A stretch of DNA of 32,000 nucleotides from an uncultured Chloroflexia bacterium (lineage in GTDB: Bacteria > Chloroflexota > Ktedonobacteria > Ktedonobacterales > JADMIN01): NCBI GenBank assembly GCA_963718915.1, contig CAVRAI010000004.1, positions 240,001 through 272,000 on the forward strand. The letters run 5' to 3'. Both the position numbers and the translations under genes were made by a program. How positions within the stretch are numbered: position 1 is the stretch's first letter; every line of letters begins with the position of its first letter. Under the pieces are notes generated by a model. It searched no databases. It had not been told where the DNA came from and worked only from the letters and a program-made list of their open reading frames with translations. Shown piece after piece: positions 7,607 to 16,874 of this stretch.

Positions 7607-9412
7607 TCAGCGGCGTCTGCCGAGACGCTCGCGCACGATGCCGCCGAGCAGACGCAATTCTTCGAGGTCGAGCAGCCGCGCCAGCGCAAAGTAGACCGCC
7701 ACGCCCGCGCCACCCGCTACCAGCAACAACAGCGCTGTGGCGAGCGTGCCTGAGCTATTGAGCGCCGGGATGAGCCGGGGCAGCAGCGAGAGCAGGCCGA
7801 AGCTCACGATGGCCATTGCCAGCGCCGCCAGCGCGATACGCCCCGCGCCATCCAATAGCTCGCGCATGCCCAGGTTGCCGATGGTCAGCGTCAGCAGCAC
7901 GAAGAGGATGAGCGCGTGGCTCACATTGAGCGCGGTATTGGCGAAGGCAATGGCGGGCATGCCAATGGTCGGGCCGAATGGAACGGCGATGGCGAGATAG
8001 AAGAGAATCGCGACGACACCGATGGCCGCTGGAGTGAGGGTGTTCTTGCGGGCATAAAACGCCGCGATCAGTAACTGATCGAGCGCGAGGAAGGGAAGCT
8101 GGTAGCTATAGTTGAGTAGCGCCAGCGCGTTGCGATACGAACAGCCGTTGGCCGCCTGGCAGGTTCCATGCTGGAAGAGCAACTCGACAATGGGATCGCG
8201 CAGGACGATCAGCCCCACCATCGCCGGAACCATCAGCAGCAGCCCCAGCCGGAATCCCAGAACCAGGATGCGCTTGAACTCGGGCGTCTCGCCATGATTG
8301 GCCGCGGCGGTCAGCGCGGGCAGCACGGCGAAGGTGAGCGCGGCGGCCACCAGCCCAACTGGAAACTGGATGAGCGTCGTGGCGCTCTGGAGCGCGGTCG
8401 CGTTGGCCAGCGGATTGCCAGGCGTGCGGCCAATGAGAAAGAGGTCGAGGTTCTGCTGGGCGAAGATGATGAGCAGAAAGCCCACGATGGGGGCATAGAG
8501 CCGCACTATTTGACGCACCGCTGGATGGCGCAGATCGAGGATCGGTCGCCAGGAAATGCCTGTCTTGCGCAGGCCGGGCAGCAGAAACAAGAATTCGCCC
8601 AGCGCGCCCACCACCGCTCCGACCGCCAGCCCGCGCGCGCCCAGCAGATGCGCCTGCTCCACGACTGGCGATCCGCTGTTCTGAAAGAGTTCGCTGAGCG
8701 GTAGGTGAAGCTGCGCCGCGACGAGCAGCAGCCCAATCACGCCGCCGACGACGATGCCGACGTGAAAGATGCCCGTGGCAAACGCCGGAAGAATGACCTC
8801 TTTGAGTGCGTAGAGCAGCGCCGAGGTGACGGCGTAGAGTCCCAGCCCGAACAGCGCGAAGGCGGCGATGCGCACCAGCTCGATGGCGAGCGCCTCGCTG
8901 GTGGGATCGACAAGGTTGGGGTCGATCCAGAATGGGACAAGCGATGGCGCGGCCAGCAGCAAGATCAGCGCGGCGATAGCAAGCGCGATGACGACCAGAT
9001 TGAGAATGGTGCTGTAGGCGCGGCGCAGGCGCTCGCGGTGGGCGGGATCGCCATAGTCGACGAAGGTGGGGATCAGCGCGCCACTGACCGAGCCAGCCAC
9101 GACAAGATCGCTCACCTGCTGGATCGGCCGGAGCGCGATGATGAATGCGCCGCTGGCCGCGCCATAGAACAGCACGTTGAGCGTCTCGATACGTACGAGG
9201 CCCAGCACGCTGCTGAGAAGCTGCCCGACCATGATGATCGCCGCCGCCGCGACGATGCGTCCGCGCGCGCCGCTGGCGCCGGTTGGGCTGGCCGTTGGCG
9301 AGGTCAGCGCGCTGGCGATTGCTGTTTCGTCGTCGGCGATGTTCGTGGGTAAGGGCGCGTCATCATGGTCGGGCATCGGCGTCAGGCCCATAACGCGCGA
9401 CGATGAGGTCAA
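7607..9412 (-). CDS. murJ: Lipid II flippase MurJ/MviN with a low-complexity N-terminal extension
   Basis: About 14 predicted hydrophobic helices. MurJ-like N-terminal core IIMVGQLLSSVLGLVRIETLNVLFYGAASGAFIIALRPIQ...GALIPTF. The start is uncertain (9412, 9391 or 9376), and all candidates overlap the hldC 3' end. Confidence 0.85.
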   Translation of the reverse strand: MTSSSRVMGLTPMPDHDDAPLPTNIADDETAIASALTSPTASPTGASGARGRIVAAAAIIMVGQLLSSVLGLVRIETLNVLFYGAASGAFIIALRPIQQVSDLVVAGSVSGALIPTFVDYGDPAHRERLRRAYSTILNLVVIALAIAALILLLAAPSLVPFWIDPNLVDPTSEALAIELVRIAAFALFGLGLYAVTSALLYALKEVILPAFATGIFHVGIVVGGVIGLLLVAAQLHLPLSELFQNSGSPVVEQAHLLGARGLAVGAVVGALGEFLFLLPGLRKTGISWRPILDLRHPAVRQIVRLYAPIVGFLLIIFAQQNLDLFLIGRTPGNPLANATALQSATTLIQFPVGLVAAALTFAVLPALTAAANHGETPEFKRILVLGFRLGLLLMVPAMVGLIVLRDPIVELLFQHGTCQAANGCSYRNALALLNYSYQLPFLALDQLLIAAFYARKNTLTPAAIGVVAILFYLAIAVPFGPTIGMPAIAFANTALNVSHALILFVLLTLTIGNLGMRELLDGAGRIALAALAMAIVSFGLLSLLPRLIPALNSSGTLATALLLLVAGGAGVAVYFALARLLDLEELRLLGGIVRERLGRRR

Positions 9413-9938
9413 TCAGGTCGCTGGTGGAATGGCCCGGCAGGTAGGCCAGCAGCGCCAGCGAACCACCATAGTCGGCGACGATGCGCGCCTCAGGCAGCCG
9501 CTCCGCCAGGCCAGCGTCATCGGCGAGCGCGCGGCGTAGCTCCTCCGCGTCGGCCAGCGTATCCTGCTGTCGGTTCGCGCTTTCGGCGTAGTCTGCGCCT
9601 TTGACGTAGACCTCCGGCTGGAGCAGAGTGAGTGTCGCCTCGGCGGTTCGCTCGCCGAAGATCGTCACGTAGTCCACGCAATCGAGCGCCGCCAGCAACT
9701 CGGCGCGCTCGGCATCGGGAACCAGCGGACGCCGTGGCCCCTTCAACTGGCGGGTGGACTCGTCGCTGTTGACGCCGACCACCAGCAGATCGCCCAGACT
9801 GCGCGCCTGTCGAAGATAGCGCAGGTGGCCCAGGTGCAGCAGATCGAAGACGCCGTTGGTGAAGACGATACGTACCCCACGTGCGCGAAGGGGCGCTAGC
9901 AGCGCATGCAACTGCTCGCGTGGGATGACCGCGCCCAC
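9363..9938 (-). CDS. hldC: D-glycero-beta-D-manno-heptose 1-phosphate adenylyltransferase (RfaE domain II-like cytidylyltransferase fold)
   Basis: IVFTNGVFDLLHLGHLRYL (HxGH nucleotidyltransferase motif), VVGVNSDES, KGADY and GHSTS motifs. The GTG start lies 1 nt after the hldA stop. Confidence 0.8.
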   Translation of the reverse strand: MGAVIPREQLHALLAPLRARGVRIVFTNGVFDLLHLGHLRYLRQARSLGDLLVVGVNSDESTRQLKGPRRPLVPDAERAELLAALDCVDYVTIFGERTAEATLTLLQPEVYVKGADYAESANRQQDTLADAEELRRALADDAGLAERLPEARIVADYGGSLALLAYLPGHSTSDLIDLIVARYGPDADARP

Positions 9939-9939
9939 C

Positions 9940-10992
9940 TTACGCCTCCACCTGAGCGCGCACCGCCGCCATCAACTCTTCGGGTGTGTTGGTGGCGTTG
10001 CCCAGCCGCTGGATCACCAGACCCGCCGCGATATTCGCCAGCGTCGCCGCCTCGGTCTGCGTCCCGCCTGCGGTCAGCGCCAGCGTAAACGTCGCCGCGA
10101 CGGTATCGCCCGCGCCGGTAGGGTCGGCAACCTCGCCGTGATAAAAGGCGGGCAGGTGCAGTGGTGGTTGGTTGCGCTCGAAGAGGCTCATCCCCTCGCT
10201 GCCTCGGGTAATCAGCAATCCCTGGGTGTTGGTCCGCGCCAGCAGTTCGCGCCCCGCGGCCTCCAGGCTCTCGCGGTCATGGATACGCCTTCCCAGCGTC
10301 GCCTCGGCTTCCGGCTGATTGGGCGTCAGTGCGGTCACACCCTGAAAGCGGTCGAGGTCGCCGTGCGCATCCACGATAATAATCTTGCCAGCGTCGCGCG
10401 CAAGGGGGATCGCGGTCTCGATGATTTCGGGGCTGATGACACCCGTCTCATAGTCCGAGAGAATCAGCGCGTCCACGCTCGGGATGGTCGCGCGCAGATA
10501 GCTGAGCATCTTTTCCTTGCAAACATCGCTCAAATCAGAGTCGTCGATGACATCCACACGCACGATTTGCTGGCGTACCAGCTGGCTATCGCCCGCGAAG
10601 ATGCGCGACTTGGTGGTGGTTGGGCGTCCCTCCTCGCTGAAGACGCCATCGAGCGCGATGTGATTTTCCGCGAGTCGTCTTCGCAGTCGTTTGCCCGAAG
10701 CGTCGTCGCCGATCACGCCGCAGATGAAGACCTCCGCGCCGAGCGTGCGGGCGTTGACGCCAGGATTCGTCGCGCCTCCGGGAACGGTGTAGTGCTCGCG
10801 CTGGCCAAGGATAAGAACCGGCGCCTCGCGCGAGACACGGAGTGGCGCGCCGATGATATATTCGTCCGCCACCAGATCGCCCACTACCAGGATGCGTTTC
10901 CCGGCAAAGGCGCGTACCAGGCATAAGAGGTGGTCGCGATCCAATCCGTTCTTCACCGTCGTGAACAGCCCTTTCGCCGCATTGTATGTCAT
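9940..10992 (-). CDS. hldA: D-glycero-beta-D-manno-heptose-7-phosphate kinase (RfaE domain I-like, PfkB family)
   Basis: ILVVGDLVADEYIIG...VPGGATNPGVNARTLGAEV...GDD and a C-terminal DPTGAGDTV PfkB signature. Adjacent to and coupled with hldC. Confidence 0.85.
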   Translation of the reverse strand: MTYNAAKGLFTTVKNGLDRDHLLCLVRAFAGKRILVVGDLVADEYIIGAPLRVSREAPVLILGQREHYTVPGGATNPGVNARTLGAEVFICGVIGDDASGKRLRRRLAENHIALDGVFSEEGRPTTTKSRIFAGDSQLVRQQIVRVDVIDDSDLSDVCKEKMLSYLRATIPSVDALILSDYETGVISPEIIETAIPLARDAGKIIIVDAHGDLDRFQGVTALTPNQPEAEATLGRRIHDRESLEAAGRELLARTNTQGLLITRGSEGMSLFERNQPPLHLPAFYHGEVADPTGAGDTVAATFTLALTAGGTQTEAATLANIAAGLVIQRLGNATNTPEELMAAVRAQVEA

Positions 10993-11064
10993 CCGCCGAC
11001 ACTATAGCACGCCTGTCACGCTGGGCGCATGCACCTGAGTGCGACAAATCACTGGAAGCACCGG

Positions 11065-11090
11065 AATGACAATGACGTAAATGACGTAAA
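11065..11090. repeat. Short tandem repeat: AATGAC, then AATGACGTA x2, then AATG
   Basis: Read directly from the sequence: ggAATGACAATGACGTAAATGACGTAAATGtc, 75-100 nt upstream of the hldA start on the minus strand. Confidence 0.5.
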
Positions 11091-11258
11091 TGTCGGGTAC
11101 GAAGCAAGTGGACGGGCCTGGCTCGAAATATGCAAATAGGCGTCAGCCATGGCGAGGTGGACTGCCTGTGGTAGAAAGACGGGGGATGTAGCCTTGCGAT
11201 GATTGGACTGCTGTGTTACTCTTGTGAACCTAGATGAGTCTCTTGCGTAGTAGTAGTA

Positions 11259-11699
11259 TTAGAGTAGTGGATGTGGAAGCTGTCGGAGCATGTGGCTATC
11301 CATGAGGGAGACGGCCAGCTCGACACTCTCATGGGAGAGCGCTTCCACGATGTTCGGCGGACTCGGCGCTGTGGCCAGGCTCGCCAGGCTTTCCAACAGA
11401 ACAGGGTACTCGTAGACACACCGGATTTCAGAGGGGCCGCTCACTGCGTTGATGTTGGTTTTGATTGCGCATTCTTGATCGGCTTTTCTGTAGGTCACCT
11501 GGAGACTCCGCCTGAGGGCGGAGAAACGTCCGCTCGCCTGTAATACACGGCATAGCCACGCCAGCGAGCCCACGTGCTCTTTACCGCTTCCGAGCGTCGC
11601 GCATCCGGGCATCTTTGCGGAGACTGTTAATGGCAAAGGTGCGTCAGGCGTGCGCGTCCGGTCGAGGCAACGACTCCCGCAGGGGGAGCACGCGATCAT
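11259..11699 (-). CDS. Hypothetical ORF, possibly a gene remnant
   Basis: This is the only sizeable ORF in the 1.1-kb hldA-prkA gap. The C-terminal half (…IKTNINAVSGPSEIRCVYEYPVLLESLASLA…IVEALSHESVELAVSLMDSHMLRQL) looks protein-like. No recognisable family and no clear RBS. Confidence 0.2.
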   Translation of the reverse strand: MIACSPCGSRCLDRTRTPDAPLPLTVSAKMPGCATLGSGKEHVGSLAWLCRVLQASGRFSALRRSLQVTYRKADQECAIKTNINAVSGPSEIRCVYEYPVLLESLASLATAPSPPNIVEALSHESVELAVSLMDSHMLRQLPHPLL

Positions 11700-12128
11700 C
11701 CTGCGCTCGCCGATGAGCAGCCATCAGATTTCTCCGCGCATGAGCGTCGCATACCGAAATCATTGCGACGCGCGCCCACCGAACTCATGGCGTATATGGA
11801 ATAATCCGCACGCGGCTCTCTCCGAGTCTCTCGTGGAACGATAACGGTACTGCCTGTCGCCTCTGGAAAGCACTCATCGGTTGCTGTTAGGCCGATGCGC
11901 TAGCTGTTTGCCATTTCGAGAATGTCCGACAGCAGTGGATGTGTGAAGAACAGTCTTTTGTCATGAGCGGAAAGCCTGCGCATACCTGTCACCAGGTAAA
12001 ACGCGCGTTATCGGCAACTACGAGCCGGGCTGCACACTGCGCATGACGCAATCTGAACCACTAGCAGGCGGTTGACCGCTAACGCGCCGTTCCAGACAAC
12101 ATATGCGGCCAGAAACGAGGGGTAAGGC

Positions 12129-14024
12129 ATGGACCTTGTCAAACGACTGGAAGAGTACCGCGAACGCGAACGCTCATTGTCGTGGGAGGGAACCTTCGCG
12201 CAGTACTTCGAGATTGCGACGCGCCAGCCATCGGTGGCGCAGCTCTCGCACGAGCGAATCTATTCGATGATAATGGCCGACGGCACGGAAACGAACCGCC
12301 TCGGCGAGTCACAGTATAAGTTCTTCGATCAGGAAATCTTTGGTATCGAAAAGTCGCTGCAGCAGATTGTGGAATATTTCCGATCGGCGGCGCAGCGGCT
12401 GGAGGTGCGTAAGCGCATCTTGCTGCTCATGGGCCCGGTTGGCGGCGGGAAGTCTACCATCGTCAGTCTGCTCAAGCGCGGGCTGGAAGAGTATACGCGC
12501 GCCGAGGCGGGTGCGGTCTATGCCATCAGAGACTGCCCGATGCATGAAGAACCGCTCCACTTGATCCCACAGGAGCTCCGCGCCGACGTCGAGAAAGAAT
12601 TTGGCCTTTACATCGAAGGCGAACTCTGCCCGAAATGTCGCTGGATGCTCGAAAGTACCTACGACAACAAAATCGAGTCGGTGCCCGTGGTGCGCATTCC
12701 CTTCAGCGAGAAGCACCGCACCGGCATCGGCACCTTCACGCCGTCTGATCCAAAGAGCCAGGATATCGCCGAATTGGTCGGAGGCATAGATCTTTCTACT
12801 ATTGGTGAGATTGGGACCGAAAGCGATCCACGCGCCTATCGCTTTGATGGCGAACTCAACATTTCCAACCGCGGCATGATGGAATTTGTTGAGCTGTTGA
12901 AAGTGGATGAGAAATTCCTGTACGTCCTGCTGACCCTCTCGCAGGAGCAGAACATCAAGACAGGCCGCTTCTCGATGATCTATGCGGACGAGGTGGTCGT
13001 CTCGCATACCAACGAGACGGAATATCGCGCCTTCGCTGGCAATCGTAAGTCCGAAGCGCTGCAGGATCGCATTATTCTGGTGCGGGTGCCGTATAACCTG
13101 CGCGTCTCCGATGAAGTGAAGATCTACGATAAGCTACTCGGGCAGAGTGCGCTCACGAACGTGCATATTGCGCCGCATACGTTGCGCGTTGCCAGTATGT
13201 TTGCCATTCTTACCCGGCTGGAACAGTCGAACAAAGTGGGCATGAGCCTGATGAAGAAGCTCAAGCTCTACGATGGTGAAGACCAGGAAGAGTTCAAGCA
13301 GAAGGACATCCGCGAGCTTCAGGAGGAGGCCGAGCGCGAAGGCATGGAGGGCATCTCGCCCCGCTATGTCATCAACCGGCTCTCCAGCGCCCTGGTGCGC
13401 GATGGCGTCACGTGCATCAACGCGATTGACGCGCTCCGGGCGTTGCGTGATGGGCTGGATCAGCATACCAGCATCAACCGCGAGCAGCGCGAGCAATACC
13501 TCAATTTCATCAGTGAGGCGCGCAAAGAGTACGACGAGATGGCCAAGAAGGAAGTGCAGCGGGCATTCGTCTATTCCTTTGAGGAGTCGGCGCGTACCCT
13601 GCTCAACAACTACCTGGATAACGTCGAGGCGTACTGCAACCGCACCAAGGTGCGCGATCCCATCACCGACGAAGATATGGAGCCAGACGAGCAGTTGATG
13701 CGCTCGATTGAGGAGCAGATTGGCATCACGGAGAACGCGAAGAAGACCTTCCGCGAGGAGATTCTGATTCGTATCTCGTCGCTGGCCCGGCGCGGACAGA
13801 CGTTTGACTATAACAGTCACGAACGCCTGAAAGAGGCCATCGAAAAGAAGCTCTTCGCCGACCTGCGTGATGTGGTCAAAATTACGACGTCGTCGCGGAC
13901 GCCCGACCCCGAGCAGCTCAAGAAGTCGAACGAGGTGGTCGCTCGGTTGATCGCCGACTTCGGCTACTGTACTGTCTGCGCGAACGAACTGTTGAAGTAT
14001 GTCGGCTCGCTGCTGAACCGCTAG
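12129..14024 (+). CDS. prkA: PrkA-family serine protein kinase / AAA+ ATPase
   Basis: 631 aa. Walker A LLLMGPVGGGKST. The sequence looks PrkA/YeaG-like end to end (MDLVKRLEEYRERE...). RBS GAGGGG upstream. Confidence 0.95.
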   Translation: MDLVKRLEEYRERERSLSWEGTFAQYFEIATRQPSVAQLSHERIYSMIMADGTETNRLGESQYKFFDQEIFGIEKSLQQIVEYFRSAAQRLEVRKRILLLMGPVGGGKSTIVSLLKRGLEEYTRAEAGAVYAIRDCPMHEEPLHLIPQELRADVEKEFGLYIEGELCPKCRWMLESTYDNKIESVPVVRIPFSEKHRTGIGTFTPSDPKSQDIAELVGGIDLSTIGEIGTESDPRAYRFDGELNISNRGMMEFVELLKVDEKFLYVLLTLSQEQNIKTGRFSMIYADEVVVSHTNETEYRAFAGNRKSEALQDRIILVRVPYNLRVSDEVKIYDKLLGQSALTNVHIAPHTLRVASMFAILTRLEQSNKVGMSLMKKLKLYDGEDQEEFKQKDIRELQEEAEREGMEGISPRYVINRLSSALVRDGVTCINAIDALRALRDGLDQHTSINREQREQYLNFISEARKEYDEMAKKEVQRAFVYSFEESARTLLNNYLDNVEAYCNRTKVRDPITDEDMEPDEQLMRSIEEQIGITENAKKTFREEILIRISSLARRGQTFDYNSHERLKEAIEKKLFADLRDVVKITTSSRTPDPEQLKKSNEVVARLIADFGYCTVCANELLKYVGSLLNR

Positions 14025-14165
14025 TCCCACGGCCCGGAAGCGTCGTCACCCCTTGTGGCGAAATACTCCGGGCTGTCACCCCGACCCTGGCAATCTGGCA
14101 GTCGGCGCGGTATGGCTGGCCGACCGGGATCACGCTATCCGGGTGGAATCGCGGGAGAAATGGGC

Positions 14166-15326
14166 ATGAAAAACTATACATCCAGCATCTCGCGGCATGA
14201 CTGGTCGTTGCACCGTAAGGGCGCGATTGACCAGGAGCGCCACAAACAGAAGATTCGCGAGGCAATCAAGAAGAACCTCGCCGATATCGTGAGCGAAGAA
14301 GCCATCATCCTCTCTGATGGCAAGAAGATCGTGCGCGTGCCGATTCGCTCACTGGAGGAGTATCGGTTCCGCTACGATCCCGGTCGCGAGCAGCATAGCG
14401 GGCAGGGTAACGGCAAGAGCAAAGTGGGCGATGTCGTGGCAGCCGATCCGCAGCGCGGACGCGGCAAGCGTGGCGACGCGGGCGACGAGCCGGGCGTTGA
14501 CTACTACGAGGCGGACGTCACGGTGGACGAGCTGGCCGCGCTCATTTTCGAGGATCTGGGGCTGCCCTTCCTCGAAGAGAAGAAACTAGCGGAGATGGAG
14601 ACGGAGGCTGTCCGCTTCACCGACGTGCGCAAAGTGGGGCCACTGGCCAATCTCGACAAGCGCCGCACGATCATGGAGAATATCAAGCGCAACGCGGCCA
14701 AGGGTGATCCGCATCTCAAGAACCTCAAGAATGAGGATCTGCGGTTCAAGGTCTGGGAGCCGACGATCAAATATCAGTCGAACGCGGTCGTGCTGGCCAT
14801 GATGGACATCAGTGGTTCGATGGGCGAGTTCGAGAAGTACATCGCGCGCAGCTTCTACTTCTGGATGGTGCGCTTCCTGCGGACCAAATATAACAACGTA
14901 CATATCGTCTTCATCAGCCACCACACTGAGGCTCAGGAGGTGACCGAGGAAGAGTTCTTCACCCACGGCGAGAGTGGAGGCACGCAGGTATCCTCCGCCT
15001 ATGAGTTGGCGCTACAGATTATTGGCGAACGCTACAATCCCGACGACTGGAATATCTATCCCTTCCACTTCTCTGATGGCGATAACCTTCCCTGGGATAA
15101 CGAGCGGTGCGTCCAGCTGGTTCAGCAACTGATGGGCATCTGCAATATCTTCGGCTACGGCGAGATTCGCGAGGGACACTATCGTTCACCCAGCACGCTG
15201 ATGTCGGCCTATAGCAAGATTCAGGAGGAGAAGTTCATCGCGGTGACGATTTCCGATAAGTCGGAGGTTTACCCGGCGTTGCGCCACTTCTTCGCCACCC
15301 GCGATCCCGCGACGGCGCTCCCCTGA
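14166..15326 (+). CDS. yhbH: YhbH/YeaH (DUF444) family protein with a vWA-like MIDAS motif
   Basis: The N-terminus ...RHDWSLHRKGAIDQERHKQKIREAIKKNLADIV matches the YhbH family. MIDAS-like MMDISGSM. The track ORF starts at 14055, but GGGAG at 14153-14157 favours the ATG at 14166 (or 14160). Confidence 0.9.
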   Translation: MKNYTSSISRHDWSLHRKGAIDQERHKQKIREAIKKNLADIVSEEAIILSDGKKIVRVPIRSLEEYRFRYDPGREQHSGQGNGKSKVGDVVAADPQRGRGKRGDAGDEPGVDYYEADVTVDELAALIFEDLGLPFLEEKKLAEMETEAVRFTDVRKVGPLANLDKRRTIMENIKRNAAKGDPHLKNLKNEDLRFKVWEPTIKYQSNAVVLAMMDISGSMGEFEKYIARSFYFWMVRFLRTKYNNVHIVFISHHTEAQEVTEEEFFTHGESGGTQVSSAYELALQIIGERYNPDDWNIYPFHFSDGDNLPWDNERCVQLVQQLMGICNIFGYGEIREGHYRSPSTLMSAYSKIQEEKFIAVTISDKSEVYPALRHFFATRDPATALP

Positions 15327-15377
15327 CGCACACGCTCGTCGCCCTGGCGCACTTCGCCGTGAAAGGAAGGCACGAGG

Positions 15378-16841
15378 ATGCCTGAAGCAATCACCAACGA
15401 GCAGTATGTCGCCGAGTTGGGCGACGCTATCGAAAAGATATGGGAAATTGCGCTCCGCATGGGCCTGGATCCGTTCCCGGTCAACTTCGAGCTGGTGCCA
15501 GCCACCATCATGTACGAATTTGGCTCGTATGGGCTGCCCGGTCGGTTCAGCCACTGGTCGCGCGGCAAAGCCTACTACCGCATGAAGACCGACTATGACT
15601 ATGGCCTGAGCAAGATTTACGAGCTGGTCGTCAATACCAATCCGTCCTACGCCTTTCTGATGGAGCAGAACGACTTGCTGCAAAACAAGGTGGTGGTGGC
15701 GCATGTGCTCGGCCATACCGATATGTTCAAGCACAACACCTACTTCAACCGCACACCGCCCAACATGATCGATAAGGTCAGTGTGAACGCTGACCGTATC
15801 CGCAAATATGAATATGAGCATGGCGCGATTCAAGTCGAGCGCTTTCTTGATGCGGTTCTGGCCATTGAAGAGCATATCGACCCCAACTTCCGCATTCGCC
15901 GGTTGAATGACGCCGAGGCCGAAGAGCAGCAGCGCAAAGGGAAGACTCCCCGCACGACAGAGTATGATGATCTATGGACCCTAGACGAGCGCGCCGCTGA
16001 CCGCAAGCGCAATGGAGACGACGCGCGGTTCCGCGCCAAGACGCGTCGCTTCCCGGCGCAGCCACAGAAAGATGTGCTGCTCTTCCTGGCGGAGCATGCG
16101 CCCGACCTCGAGCTGTGGCAGCGCGATATCCTGCTCATCGTTCGAGAAGAAATGCAATACTTCGTCCCACAAATGCAAACAAAAGTACTTAACGAGGGAT
16201 GGGCATCTTACTGGCATGCGCATATCATACGTGAACTGGAATTGACCGACGGCGAGTATGCGTCATTCGCCCAGATGCACGCAGGCGTGCTGGCGCCGAA
16301 TCGTATGCGCATCAACCCATATCACGTCGGCTATCACATCCTCGAAGATATCGAGCGACGCTGGGATAACCCGACCGAAGAGGAGCAAGCGAAACTGGGC
16401 CGTGTTCCTGGGCAGGGGCGCGCGAAGATATTCGAGGTACGCGAGACCGAAAGCGACGTCTCGTTGCTCCGCAATTACCTCACCGAAGAGTTGGTGAAAG
16501 AGCTGGACCTCTACCTGTATCGCAAAGAGGGCGACCAGTGGGTGATCGTTGAGAAGAACTGGGAGAAGGTGCGCGACGGCATCGTCAGTAGTATGACGAA
16601 CTTTGGCTATCCGTATCTGACCGTCAACGACGCCGACTACAACCGTAACACCGAGCTATTGCTGCGCCACCATGTCGAAGGCAGTCGCGATCTGGATATC
16701 CCCTATGCTGAGAAGACGCTGGAGCACGTCTACCGCATCTGGGGGCGGCCGGTGCATCTGGAAACCATTTCCGATGAGCGGCCGGTGCGGATGACCTACA
16801 ACGGCGAGAAGCATACCCAGGCGTTGCTCGACGACGATTGA
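15378..16841 (+). CDS. spoVR: SpoVR/YcgB family protein
   Basis: FELVPATIMYEFGSYGLPGRFSHWSRGKAYY...YELVVNTNPSYAFLMEQN...HVLGH, typical of SpoVR. It is the third gene of the conserved prkA-yhbH-spoVR triad. Confidence 0.95.
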   Translation: MPEAITNEQYVAELGDAIEKIWEIALRMGLDPFPVNFELVPATIMYEFGSYGLPGRFSHWSRGKAYYRMKTDYDYGLSKIYELVVNTNPSYAFLMEQNDLLQNKVVVAHVLGHTDMFKHNTYFNRTPPNMIDKVSVNADRIRKYEYEHGAIQVERFLDAVLAIEEHIDPNFRIRRLNDAEAEEQQRKGKTPRTTEYDDLWTLDERAADRKRNGDDARFRAKTRRFPAQPQKDVLLFLAEHAPDLELWQRDILLIVREEMQYFVPQMQTKVLNEGWASYWHAHIIRELELTDGEYASFAQMHAGVLAPNRMRINPYHVGYHILEDIERRWDNPTEEEQAKLGRVPGQGRAKIFEVRETESDVSLLRNYLTEELVKELDLYLYRKEGDQWVIVEKNWEKVRDGIVSSMTNFGYPYLTVNDADYNRNTELLLRHHVEGSRDLDIPYAEKTLEHVYRIWGRPVHLETISDERPVRMTYNGEKHTQALLDDD

Positions 16842-16874
16842 GTAGATGCTCTGCGCATCGAAGTATATTCTCAA

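Noticed and set aside
11624-11633. CTGTTAATGG, identical to the first Pho-box unit, found in the hldA-prkA gap.
   Set aside because: It is a single copy with no 11-bp-spaced partner. A 10-mer match in 64 kb of two-strand sequence is not very improbable, so it is not called a Pho box.
14055-14165. N-terminal extension of the yhbH ORF in the track (start at 14055).
   Set aside because: The extension (MAKYSGLSPRPWQSGSRRGMAGRPGSRYPGG...) is not YhbH-like. A GGGAG RBS precedes the internal ATG at 14160/14166, where the family-typical N-terminus begins.
16845-16859. GATGC-tctgc-GCATC hairpin between the convergent spoVR and response-regulator genes, considered as a bidirectional terminator.
   Set aside because: The stem is only 5 bp and there is no U-tract on either strand. 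This is too weak to call.
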